This document shows, piece after piece, positions 1 to 8,941 of a stretch of DNA of 52,365 bases. The notes under the pieces were generated by a model. It was not told where the DNA came from, did no database searches, and saw nothing but the letters and a program-made list of their open reading frames with translations. Source of the DNA: an uncultured Anaerolineaceae bacterium (GTDB taxonomy: Bacteria; Chloroflexota; Anaerolineae; Anaerolineales; E44-bin32); NCBI GenBank assembly GCA_964353875.1, contig CAYGXU010000004.1:12937-65301 (forward strand). The letters are read 5' to 3'. The position numbers were made by a program, and so were the translations under genes. Each line of letters begins with the position of its first letter. Position 1 is the stretch's first letter.

Positions 1-117
1 ACTCCATCTACCAATAGCAAGCTATTGCACTCCATCTACCAATAGCAAGCTATTGGACTCCATCTCCCAATAACAGGCTATTGCACTCCATCCCCCGGCG
101 GAAGACATTGGACTCCA
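1..117. repeat. Decaying 28-bp tandem repeat (ACTCCATCTACCAATAGCAAGCTATTG[C/G]), about 4.2 copies, cut by the window start
   Basis: Units at 1-28, 29-56, 57-84 (degenerate), 85-111 (very degenerate), partial 112-117. Units 1-2 contain the palindrome CAATAGC-AA-GCTATTG. Confidence 0.9.
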
Positions 118-131
118 CTTAGCGAATGATG

Positions 132-170
132 CCCTACTCCCTGGCGGGAGAGGGGGTCAGGGGGTGAGGG
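132..170 (+). repeat. BoxC/REP-like extragenic palindromic element
   Basis: CCCT-A-CTCCC-TGGC-GGGAG-AGGG hairpin followed by GGTCAGGGGGTGAGGG; resembles the widespread CCCTCTCCC...GGGAGAGGG...GGGTGAGGG repeat. Confidence 0.7.
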
Positions 171-184
171 TTTCCCCCCTCGAC

Positions 185-213
185 TTGACATCCCCAATAG
201 AAGCGATTAAACT
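185..213 (+). promoter_or_regulatory. Sigma70 promoter for the leader/ABC exporter operon
   Basis: TTGACA (185-190), 17 bp spacer, TAAACT (208-213). Confidence 0.8.
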
Positions 214-254
214 CAGCCTCGTTCTATCCATCCTACAGGAAGGAGGCGCACGAC

Positions 255-335
255 ATGATTAAGCTTGACTATACAGCAGTGCCGCGTGGCATGCTTATTA
301 AAATATGTGCTCGGAGTGCGCCTGTTGAACCTTGA
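255..335 (+). CDS. Putative 26-aa leader peptide MIKLDYTAVPRGMLIKICARSAPVEP (not in ORF track)
   Basis: AGGAGG at 241-246, ATG at 255, TGA at 333-335; lies between a promoter and an intrinsic terminator. Confidence 0.7.
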   Translation: MIKLDYTAVPRGMLIKICARSAPVEP

Positions 336-356
336 TCGCATAGTGGGTGAGTTTTC

Positions 357-393
357 AGCCACGGCGCGCTCCAGCGCCGTGGCTTTTTCTTTT
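357..393 (+). terminator. Intrinsic terminator / attenuator in the 5' leader of the ABC exporter
   Basis: 11-bp stem AGCCACGGCGC / GCGCCGTGGCT, 6-nt loop, then TTTTCTTTT; ends 24 nt before the ATG at 418. Confidence 0.88.
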
Positions 394-417
394 GTAAACT
401 GGACGGATTGAAGGAAC

Positions 418-2163
418 ATGAATCTTCCGATTAAAGCCTACTGGGACCTATTATCCCAGCATATTCGCCCACAGAAGGGACGATTCGCCCTGCTAACCGT
501 ATTGCTGCTGAGCAGTATTGGATTACGCATCCTCAACCCGCAAATTATGCGCCTCTTTATTGATGCAGCATTGGCGGGTGAAGCGCTAAAGCGGTTGACC
601 ACCGCCGCCCTGGCTTTTATTGGGATCGCCCTGTTGCAGCAAATCGTCGCGGTGGGCGTGACCTATTTAGGCGAAAATGTCGCCTGGACTGCCACCAACG
701 CTCTGCGGGCCGAAATGGCCTGGCATGCCCTCAACCTGGACATGCGCTTCCATCATGACCACACCCCCGGCGAACTGATCGAACGCATTGATGGCGATAT
801 AACCGAGATGGCTACCTTCTTCTCGCAATTTGCGGTCACCCTCGTGGGCAACTTGCTTCTCCTAATCGGCATCCTGACGGCGCTCTTTCTCGAAGATTGG
901 CGTGCAGGATTGGCGTTCACACTCTTTGCCATCATCGCTATTTTAGTCCTCAATCGAGTCAAAGATATCGCCCTGCTGCATCAAAAAGAGCGCAGACAGG
1001 CCGAAGCAGATCTGTTCGGTTTTATCGAGGAGCAATTGGCTGGCACGGAGGATATTCGCTCCAGCGGTGGGGTGGATTACTCCATTCGCGAACTTTATCG
1101 TTTGCAGGCTGCGATCCTACGCCATAGTCGTAAGGCACACTTCAAGAGGTGGATGATCGAAATTGCCATTGGCGCTTTCCTGGTGCTGGGTAATATTCTG
1201 GCCATGACCACTGGATATTTCCTCTTTATCGGTGGAGCGATTACCGTCGGTACGGTCTATTTGTTCGTCCATTACATTAATTTGCTGGAAGAGCCAATTT
1301 GGTCGCTTGTCCGGCAGGTTGATAGTTTCCAGACGATCGGGGCGTGTGTCCAGCGCTTGAATGAATTTCGCAGTTTCCAGCCTGAAGTGCGGGATGGCAG
1401 CCGGATGGAAATTGCCGGGCAATCACTGACTCTGACCTTCGATCAGGTTTCCTTTTCCTATAACGACACCGATCCGGTCTTAAACGACATCTCCTTCTTC
1501 CTCACACCTGGGACGAAGCTGGGCTTGTTGGGACGGACAGGCAGCGGCAAGACCACCCTGGCTCGGCTGGTGTTCCGCCTTTTTGATCCCACTGTTGGAA
1601 GAATCCTGTTGAACCAAACCGACCTGCGTGACCTGAAACTTGAAATTTTACGCAGAAATATCGCCATCGTGACCCAGAATGTACAGCTATTCCGCGCCAG
1701 CGTCCGTGATAACCTGACATTTTTCGATCGCAGTATTCCCGATGAGCGGATTTTGGAGGTGATCAATGAACTGGAACTTACGGACTGGGTTCTCTCCTTA
1801 GGAGAAGGGTTGGACACTCCACTAGGGACAAATGGACATAGTCTGTCCGCCGGGGAAGCGCAGCTATTGGCTTTTGCCCGCGTCTTCTTGCGAAATCCCA
1901 AATTGATCATCCTCGACGAAGCCTCTTCTCGACTGGACCCAGCAACCGAGCAGCATCTCGAACGCGCGGTTGAAAAATTATTACAGGATCGCACAGCCAT
2001 CATCATCGCCCATCGTTTGGGGACGCTGCATCGCGCCGATGAAATTATGATCCTGGAAGAGGGGTGTATCCGAGAATATGGCGATCGGTTATGGCTCGCC
2101 AGGGATCCTTCCTCGCAATTCTATCATCTGCTCCAAACGGGCTTGGAGGAGATGCTGGCATGA
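418..2163 (+). CDS. ABC exporter, fused TMD-NBD subunit 1 (heterodimeric multidrug type)
   Basis: N-terminal TM helices; Walker [10 protein letters not shown]; degenerate signature LSAGE; Walker B ILDE; H-loop AHR. Confidence 0.93.
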   Translation: MNLPIKAYWDLLSQHIRPQKGRFALLTVLLLSSIGLRILNPQIMRLFIDAALAGEALKRLTTAALAFIGIALLQQIVAVGVTYLGENVAWTATNALRAEMAWHALNLDMRFHHDHTPGELIERIDGDITEMATFFSQFAVTLVGNLLLLIGILTALFLEDWRAGLAFTLFAIIAILVLNRVKDIALLHQKERRQAEADLFGFIEEQLAGTEDIRSSGGVDYSIRELYRLQAAILRHSRKAHFKRWMIEIAIGAFLVLGNILAMTTGYFLFIGGAITVGTVYLFVHYINLLEEPIWSLVRQVDSFQTIGACVQRLNEFRSFQPEVRDGSRMEIAGQSLTLTFDQVSFSYNDTDPVLNDISFFLTPGTKLGLLGRTGSGKTTLARLVFRLFDPTVGRILLNQTDLRDLKLEILRRNIAIVTQNVQLFRASVRDNLTFFDRSIPDERILEVINELELTDWVLSLGEGLDTPLGTNGHSLSAGEAQLLAFARVFLRNPKLIILDEASSRLDPATEQHLERAVEKLLQDRTAIIIAHRLGTLHRADEIMILEEGCIREYGDRLWLARDPSSQFYHLLQTGLEEMLA

Positions 2164-3974
2164 GTCACCTGAACGACACGAAAGCCGAGCAAAAAAGCAT
2201 CTCTGCACTACCCGCCTGGCGCGTCATCTTGAGCATGTTGAAATTCCGTCCGTGGTTCTGGTTCGTTGACCTGGTTTCAGTCGCTTTGTTTCGCTCAACC
2301 TGGCAGTTGATCCCCGGCCTGATATTACGCGCATTTTTTGATTTACTAACCGGAGAAGCCCAACTTCAAATGAGTATCTGGGCGATGGTTGCCTTGATGG
2401 TCGCGATGTGGTTGGGACGCGTATTGGGTGGGTACGGTTTCTACTATGCTGATGTGCCCATTTTTGCTGACATCGCCACTTTGCTGCGTAAAAATCTGCT
2501 CAGGCACATCCTTCGGCGTCCGGGAGCATCGTCTTTGCCCGATTCAGCCGGTGAGGCGATCAGCCGTTTCCGCAACGACGTCATGGAAATTCCTCTATTT
2601 GTCATCTGGATCAATGACATCATCACCGGATTGATGATCATTGCTATCTCGATTGGGCTGCTGGTTAGTATCAACCCGTCGATCACTCTCATGGCATTAG
2701 CGCCTTTGTTGATTGTTGGTTTCATCGCCAATGCTGCCTCCAACCGGATCGAACGTTACCGTCAGGCCAGCCGTCAGGCCACAGGCAAAGTGACCGGCTT
2801 TATTGGAGAGTTTTTCGGCGCCGTGCAAGCAGTCAAGGTGGCGACAGCGGAGAGGAATGTGATCGACCATTTTCACAAACTCAACGACCAACGCCGGATA
2901 TTGGCTCTGAGGGAAAGCCTCTTCAACCAGATTCTCGATTCAATCTACCACAATATGTCCACGCTGGGTACGGGTGTGATTCTGATCCTGGTTGGGCAGT
3001 CCATGCGAGTGGGCACATTCTCAGTCGGTGATTTCTCGCTCTTCGTTTATTTGCTTGGTACTATGGGCGAATTGACCACGTTTGCTGGGATGATCGCTGC
3101 CCGTTATAAACAACTCACCGTTTCGGTGGAGCGCATGTACCGCCTGATGGAAGATGCCCCGCTCGATGCGTTGGTCGAGATCAGCACAGTCGACCTGGAA
3201 GGACCTCCGCCGCCTGTCCTCTATCCTGCAGCGACCGAAGCGGATCGATTGGATAGTCTAGAGGCAACTGATTTAACCTATCGCTATGCTGGGACGGGAA
3301 ATGGCATTCAGGGGATTAATTTACGCCTTGAGCGCGGCACATTGACCGTCATCACCGGTCGCGTTGGTTCAGGGAAAACTACGCTGCTACGTGTGCTGCT
3401 GGGTTTGTTGCCGAAGCAAACGGGGGAAATCCGTTGGAATGGTCGCATCGTAAATGACCCGGGAGCATTTTTTGTACCTCCGCGCTGTTCCTATACTTCC
3501 CAGGTACCACGTCTCTTTAGTGATACATTGCGCAACAATATTCTTTTAGGCATGGAAAAGAATGATACCGAACTTCTCCGGGCTATCCACCTTTCCGTAA
3601 TGGAGCGCGATCTGGAGGCATTAGAAAACGGCTTTGAAACGATGGTTGGAGCGCGCGGCGTCAAACTTTCCGGTGGTCAGGCGCAACGCGCCGCGGCGGC
3701 GCGCATGTTTGCCCGCCAGCCAGAGCTTCTGGTTTTTGACGACCTATCCAGCGCCCTGGATGTCGAGACCGAACATCTTCTATGGCAACGTCTTTTTACC
3801 CAACAAGATGCTACCTGCCTGGTTGTATCGCACCGCAGACCGGTTTTACGACGCGCCGATCATATCATCGTCATGAAAGAGGGCAGTGTCGTGGCGCAAG
3901 GCTCGTTGAACGAGCTGCTAGAGACCAGCGATGAGATGCGCCAGCTATGGCAGCAGGAAATGAATGGTGGATAA
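2160..3974 (+). CDS. ABC exporter, fused TMD-NBD subunit 2
   Basis: Start moved to ATG 2160 (ATGA overlap, upstream GGAGG). Walker [10 protein letters not shown]; signature LSGGQ; degenerate Walker B VFDD; H-loop SHR. Confidence 0.93.
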   Translation: MSHLNDTKAEQKSISALPAWRVILSMLKFRPWFWFVDLVSVALFRSTWQLIPGLILRAFFDLLTGEAQLQMSIWAMVALMVAMWLGRVLGGYGFYYADVPIFADIATLLRKNLLRHILRRPGASSLPDSAGEAISRFRNDVMEIPLFVIWINDIITGLMIIAISIGLLVSINPSITLMALAPLLIVGFIANAASNRIERYRQASRQATGKVTGFIGEFFGAVQAVKVATAERNVIDHFHKLNDQRRILALRESLFNQILDSIYHNMSTLGTGVILILVGQSMRVGTFSVGDFSLFVYLLGTMGELTTFAGMIAARYKQLTVSVERMYRLMEDAPLDALVEISTVDLEGPPPPVLYPAATEADRLDSLEATDLTYRYAGTGNGIQGINLRLERGTLTVITGRVGSGKTTLLRVLLGLLPKQTGEIRWNGRIVNDPGAFFVPPRCSYTSQVPRLFSDTLRNNILLGMEKNDTELLRAIHLSVMERDLEALENGFETMVGARGVKLSGGQAQRAAAARMFARQPELLVFDDLSSALDVETEHLLWQRLFTQQDATCLVVSHRRPVLRRADHIIVMKEGSVVAQGSLNELLETSDEMRQLWQQEMNGG

Positions 3975-4015
3975 AGACCTGTGAGGTCTCTCCCCGAACC
4001 ATGCAGCCAAATCGT

Positions 4016-4264
4016 TCAGAAGGTTTTTCCGTCAGAGAACGCTTGTACCATTCGCAACAGTGCCTCAAATTCCTCATAACAAGCCGGACAAAGCTGAAGG
4101 TGAAGTTGAACCAGGGGCATGAGCTCGGAGAGATCCTCCCCGAGTGTGACCAACTCTACAAACTCATCGATAACGACAAAGACTTCATCGCAATCCATCT
4201 CTTTCTCATGGGTTATAGCGATGATCTCAAAGAAGTCCTTCAGCATTTCATTCGATAGGTGCAT
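4016..4264 (-). CDS. Soluble zinc-binding anti-sigma factor (ZAS / zf-HC2, RsrA-like)
   Basis: C-x29-HLQLCPAC (HxxxCxxC) motif; directly downstream of an ECF sigma. Start uncertain. Confidence 0.8.
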   Translation of the reverse strand: MHLSNEMLKDFFEIIAITHEKEMDCDEVFVVIDEFVELVTLGEDLSELMPLVQLHLQLCPACYEEFEALLRMVQAFSDGKTF

Positions 4265-4308
4265 CAATCCATACCTAATAATTAAGGATGGCACATCCCG
4301 AGCGAATC

Positions 4309-4950
4309 TTACTGGTTTTTAAAAACAGCCAACGCTTCCTCGGTCGTAATCCCTTGTTCAGCCATACGACGTTTGACGTTCAAGCGGGCGTCATGCAGCA
4401 GTTTATAGAGAGCGTTACGTGTCATTCCCATCTTCCTCGCCACCTCCTCGATGGGTATGTCATGGATTCGAATAGCGATGATGGCGTTGCGCTGCTTCTC
4501 AGTGAGGCTTTCTGAAAGGATCCTCTCCAGCCGCGAAAGGATATCCGATTGCTCCACTACGTTTTCAGGACCTGGAGCGACATCCGCCATCAGTCCAACT
4601 CGCTCTAGAGCATTTTCCCCTGTCAGGAGGTCATCCAACGAGGTATCTTTCCAGCGCTTTCGTCGTAATTCGGAGATGGCTACGCGCACCGCAATCTTGA
4701 ATACCCAAGTTGTGAATTTGCTTCGCCCTTCAAATTGATGGAGACTTGAAAGGACCTTGAGTAGGGTTTCCTGTGTGCTCTCCTCCACAAGGGCTTCGAA
4801 ATGCGGATCCGTTGAGGAAAGCCAATGAGAAAGCGCATAGGGCAGACCTTTGGCAACGATCTCGCGCAGATCTACTAAAGCCGCTTCTCTCACAGGACCT
4901 TTATTCCCGAGGTCCTGTTTCCATTCTTGATTCGATCGTGTTCGTTTCAT
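4309..4950 (-). CDS. ECF-family RNA polymerase sigma factor
   Basis: Region 2 QETLLKV...FEGRSKFTTWVFKIA; region 4 IEEVARKMGMTRNALYKLLHDAR. Confidence 0.9.
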   Translation of the reverse strand: MKRTRSNQEWKQDLGNKGPVREAALVDLREIVAKGLPYALSHWLSSTDPHFEALVEESTQETLLKVLSSLHQFEGRSKFTTWVFKIAVRVAISELRRKRWKDTSLDDLLTGENALERVGLMADVAPGPENVVEQSDILSRLERILSESLTEKQRNAIIAIRIHDIPIEEVARKMGMTRNALYKLLHDARLNVKRRMAEQGITTEEALAVFKNQ

Positions 4951-5117
4951 CTGACAATATTATTAATACTTGAGCGAAGAGCGCTTATCGAAAAACGATC
5001 CCATAGATGACAATAAACATTTCGAATTATTGCAGGGAGAATGATTTCTTCCTTGAGAGATTCAATGATTATCACCCCCATCGTTTAATTGACTAGTTTG
5101 CCCGAGGAGATTCCAAA

Positions 5118-5468
5118 TTATCTTTCTAAAGGCAAGCCAATCAGGATCGCTCCATCTTCTATCTTTACGGGATAGGCTGGGATGTCGACTACAGCAGGTA
5201 AGGTTAACGCTTTCCCTGTCTGTAGATCAAATCTGGCGCCATGGCGGGGACATGCGATCTCAAAACCATTCAGTTCCCCTTCAGCAACCGGACCATCATC
5301 GTGTGAGCATACATCTGCAATCGCGAAATATTTGCCAGCGATATTGAATATAGCAATCGGGAACCCTCCGACCTCTAAGAAGAGCCGTTCCCCATTCCCC
5401 AACTCTTCGACGGATGCAACCGTAACAAATTCCAAATGGGTAGAATTAACTTCTTGATAATTTAACAT
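5118..5468 (-). CDS. Rieske [2Fe-2S] ferredoxin
   Basis: CSH...CPRH Rieske ligand motifs; last gene of the suf operon. Confidence 0.92.
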   Translation of the reverse strand: MLNYQEVNSTHLEFVTVASVEELGNGERLFLEVGGFPIAIFNIAGKYFAIADVCSHDDGPVAEGELNGFEIACPRHGARFDLQTGKALTLPAVVDIPAYPVKIEDGAILIGLPLER

Positions 5469-5519
5469 GGGATTTACTTATATCATGATCATCACAAAAT
5501 CGCGCTAGAAGAGTGAGGA

Positions 5520-5912
5520 TCAAGTCAACTCTTCTTCCAAGGCCTCTAAACCATATACACCTGCTTTGAGGACTTTCAAAGAAAGCAATGCGCATTTCAA
5601 TCGCACAGGTCCTAGCTCGATTCCCAACATTTCAAGGATGTCTTCCTTGGATATCTTTTTTACCTCTTCTAAATCCTTACCGATGATCGACTCCACTAGA
5701 AGGTCAGCCGATGCCTGAGAAATAGCACAACCTTCTCCACTGAAGGTAGCTTCCGTGATGCGATTACTCTGATCGACACGAACATCAATCCGGATGCGAT
5801 CTCCGCAAAGAGGGTTGTCGTCTTCATAGGAAAAGTCATGAGGATCGAGCTCACCTCGCATCTGGGGATTTTTATATCGATCGATAATCAACTCGCGGTA
5901 GAGGTCATCCAT
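5520..5912 (-). CDS. sufU: SUF-associated NifU/IscU-type protein
   Basis: NPLCGD, GCAISQAS, RLKCA (three Cys); follows sufS. Confidence 0.9.
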   Translation of the reverse strand: MDDLYRELIIDRYKNPQMRGELDPHDFSYEDDNPLCGDRIRIDVRVDQSNRITEATFSGEGCAISQASADLLVESIIGKDLEEVKKISKEDILEMLGIELGPVRLKCALLSLKVLKAGVYGLEALEEELT

Positions 5913-5921
5913 GATATTGTC

Positions 5922-7169
5922 CTAGTTGAAAATTTCCTTCACTCGATAAATCCCCTCGATTAAACGATCAACCTCCTGAAGGGTTGTATACACATAAAAA
6001 GAGGCACGTGTCGAGGCGGGTAGATTGAAGCGTTGATGAAGGGGCATGGCGCAATGATGCCCTGCTCGAACTGCAACACCCATCGAATCGAGGATTTGAG
6101 CGACATCGTGGGGATGCGCGTCTGACATAGCAAAGGAAACCACTCCCCCACGATGCTCCGCGTTGGGTCCAAGAATCCGCATTCCGGGCATCTCCTCCAT
6201 ACGATCAAGGGCATATGAGACCAAATTTCGTTCATGCTCAAACACATTTTCAAGGCCAATGCTTTCAAGGAACTCTATGGCTGCACCTAACCCAATCGCT
6301 TCAGCAATCGCCGGGGTCCCGGCTTCGAATTTATAGGGGATATCGTTTGTGGTGAAACTTCGTAACTGAACTCGTTTGATCATATCGCCACCCCCTAAAA
6401 AGGGCGGCATGGCGCGTAATAACGCCTCGCGGGCGTAAAGGACACCGATTCCCGTGGGACCACACATCTTGTGCGCAGAAAATGCCAAAAAGTCAGCACC
6501 GATAGCACTCACATCCACTGGAAAATGAGGGACAGATTGAGCGCCATCAATCAATACCAATGCGCCCGCCTGATGAGCGAGTGCGGTCATCTTTGCTGCG
6601 GGATTGATCGTCCCGGTGACATTGGACATGTGGGTGAAACCCACCAGGCGTGGCTCTAATTTCAAGAGATCTTGATAGACCTCCAGATCCAAACGTCCAT
6701 CCTCAGTAACAGGGATAAACTCGAGTTGGACGTTTCGCTCATTGGCAAGCATCTGCCACGGGACAAGGTTCGAATGATGCTCCATTTCTGTTAATAGCAC
6801 CCGATCGCCCTCTTTAAGATGAGTTCGTCCCCAACTATGAGCCACCAGGTTGATCGATTCAGTTGTATTACGCGTGAATACAATCTCCTTTGGTGATCCC
6901 GCCCCGATAAATTTGGCTACAAGCTTACGTGCGTCTTCATGGGCATGTGTCGCTTCTTCAGCCAGTTGATATATTCCACGATGGATGTTAGCGTTTTGTT
7001 GCTGATAAAACGCGGACATGGACTCAATGACAGATTGAGGCCTTTGAGAAGTCGCTGCCGAGTCAAGATAAACAATCGGATCGCCCGATTGCATTTTGCG
7101 CTCGAGAATCGGGAATTCCCTCCGAATACGCTCGACATCGATCATGGTTCTGGAATCAATGGAAGCCAT
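5922..7169 (-). CDS. sufS: Cysteine desulfurase SufS (group II)
   Basis: YLDSAATSQ, EHHSN, SAHKM (PLP lysine), RAGHHCA. Confidence 0.96.
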   Translation of the reverse strand: MASIDSRTMIDVERIRREFPILERKMQSGDPIVYLDSAATSQRPQSVIESMSAFYQQQNANIHRGIYQLAEEATHAHEDARKLVAKFIGAGSPKEIVFTRNTTESINLVAHSWGRTHLKEGDRVLLTEMEHHSNLVPWQMLANERNVQLEFIPVTEDGRLDLEVYQDLLKLEPRLVGFTHMSNVTGTINPAAKMTALAHQAGALVLIDGAQSVPHFPVDVSAIGADFLAFSAHKMCGPTGIGVLYAREALLRAMPPFLGGGDMIKRVQLRSFTTNDIPYKFEAGTPAIAEAIGLGAAIEFLESIGLENVFEHERNLVSYALDRMEEMPGMRILGPNAEHRGGVVSFAMSDAHPHDVAQILDSMGVAVRAGHHCAMPLHQRFNLPASTRASFYVYTTLQEVDRLIEGIYRVKEIFN

Positions 7170-7182
7170 TGATACCCTCCAA

Positions 7183-7473
7183 TTAACTCACGCGCTCTTT
7201 CTTTTGTCTCTTACGACGTTTGGTTGTGGGGCGAATGACATCGCTATTCTGCGTACACCAAAGGACTCGATCAGGGACCATCCAGCCACCGGTGAGATAA
7301 ACATCCTCGACAAATTGTACCGCCACCATTTTATAGTCCGCTTGAACGACGACTCCCTCCAGCCAATCGCGGACACGGACATCACCTTGATTGTGATCAC
7401 AATATACCTCCACTCGATCACCGACTTCGTAACGACGTCGCTCTTTTATTTTTGTAGATCTCACTCGATTCAT
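7183..7473 (-). CDS. Uncharacterised 96-aa basic protein with an SH3/Tudor-like beta-rich core, inside the suf operon
   Basis: GGGAGGG SD before ATG 7473; fills the sufD-sufS gap on the same strand; YEVGDRVEVYCDH...WLEGVVVQ. Confidence 0.78.
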   Translation of the reverse strand: MNRVRSTKIKERRRYEVGDRVEVYCDHNQGDVRVRDWLEGVVVQADYKMVAVQFVEDVYLTGGWMVPDRVLWCTQNSDVIRPTTKRRKRQKKERVS

Positions 7474-7530
7474 TGTCCCTCCCCTTTCTCCTATAAATTC
7501 CTCAACCCGGAAAACCAACCAGATTGAATT

Positions 7531-8877
7531 TCATTTCATCTTTTCATCAATCATCCTGATGAACCTTGCTCGTACCCCTTCAAATGGTATCCTCTCGATA
7601 ACTTGTGAAAAGAAACCATCCACAACCAAGCGCTCGGCTTGATCTCGGGGCAAGCCACGCGTCATCAAGTAATAAATGGAGTCCTCTTCCAATTGACCCA
7701 CCGTCGAAGCATGCGTACAACGCACATCATCCGCCAAGATCTCAAGGCCCGGCAGTGAATCAGCACGTGCGTCTTCACTTAGGATTAAATTACGATTCGC
7801 TTGATATCCATCGGTCTTTTGGGCACCCGCTGCCACATAGATCATCCCCTGCCAGACGGACCTGCTGCGATCGAGCAACGCTCCTTTATAAAGCAAGTCA
7901 CTCGTCGTGTGTGGGACGAAATGGTTCTGTTGGGTATCGAAATCCAGGTGCTGATTTCCATCGGTGAAATAAAAACCGGACATCCGACCTTCTGCACCCT
8001 CACCTACCAGATCCAGGTCCGAGAAGCTTTTCGTCACGTGGCTGCCTACTGCACCAAACACCCAATTTATTTTTCCGTTACGCTCAATACGGGCGCGTTC
8101 ATGTGTAAAGTGCCATACATGTCGACCCCAATTTTGCAATTCAACAAATGTTAATGAGGCAGCCTCGCTAATGTGTATTTCTACGATCCCAGCATGAATA
8201 TCTTGTCCTTTAGTAGAGGTCGGCGAAGCGTTCTCATGCACATAGGTCAGGGATGAACCGGCTCCCAGGAACACCAATAATCGACTAAAAAAAGCCCTAT
8301 CCTGTCCTGGCGCCCAAAGGACAGAATGTACTGGTAGCTCAACCTGTACACCATCAGGTACATAGAGGATGAACCCCTGCGTGGTTAGAGCTGCGCTAAT
8401 AGCGGAGAACTTGCCTTCATTCTCAGTGACGATCTGACCGAGGTGAGCCTGCAATAAAGCCGGGTATTTTTGGATGGCAGTCGGCCAATCCGTGAAAACC
8501 ACCCCTTGCCTTACCAGGCTCGCATCAACCTCAAAGATGGGCTCCTGCCCTGGTTGCAGAACCATCAAGGCGCCATGGGTCTTGGCGACCAGGGGCCTAA
8601 CTAAATCTCGATGGACACGCTTGCCATTGGATGGCCTCAAGGACACTTGATTCGTGGGGACATTGCGGATGTCTGTCCGTCGCCAGGCCTCCTCAGCGGT
8701 TGTTGGCATCTGAAGCGATTGAGCTTGGTTCCAAGCTGAAATCCGCCGGTCTTTCATCCAGGCCGGCTCTTGAAAGTTCTCCGAGATATTGAGCACGTCT
8801 CTTTCTGTAAAGACAAAATCTACCGCTTCTCGAGGTCTGATTCTCGCTTTTGTCTTGACAATTGTACGATCCACCAT
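7531..8877 (-). CDS. sufD: Fe-S cluster assembly protein SufD
   Basis: EEAWRRTD; PGLEILADDVRCTHASTVG; YYLMTRGL. Start taken as MVDRT (8877). Confidence 0.93.
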   Translation of the reverse strand: MVDRTIVKTKARIRPREAVDFVFTERDVLNISENFQEPAWMKDRRISAWNQAQSLQMPTTAEEAWRRTDIRNVPTNQVSLRPSNGKRVHRDLVRPLVAKTHGALMVLQPGQEPIFEVDASLVRQGVVFTDWPTAIQKYPALLQAHLGQIVTENEGKFSAISAALTTQGFILYVPDGVQVELPVHSVLWAPGQDRAFFSRLLVFLGAGSSLTYVHENASPTSTKGQDIHAGIVEIHISEAASLTFVELQNWGRHVWHFTHERARIERNGKINWVFGAVGSHVTKSFSDLDLVGEGAEGRMSGFYFTDGNQHLDFDTQQNHFVPHTTSDLLYKGALLDRSRSVWQGMIYVAAGAQKTDGYQANRNLILSEDARADSLPGLEILADDVRCTHASTVGQLEEDSIYYLMTRGLPRDQAERLVVDGFFSQVIERIPFEGVRARFIRMIDEKMK

Positions 8878-8941
8878 GCGCGCTTCCAATCCTTCTCTTC
8901 CATATACCTCGAACAAAATCCTGGCTGTCTGGGGGCAGCTT

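Noticed and set aside
1-117. CRISPR array (28-bp palindromic repeats)
   Set aside because: Units are head-to-tail with no unique spacers, and no cas genes are in the window.
213-419. 68-aa minus-strand ORF
   Set aside because: Antisense to the leader and terminator; no recognisable protein features.
2064-2159. N-terminal extension of ABC subunit 2 in the ORF track
   Set aside because: Overlaps subunit 1; the SD-led ATG at 2160 with an ATGA overlap fits better.
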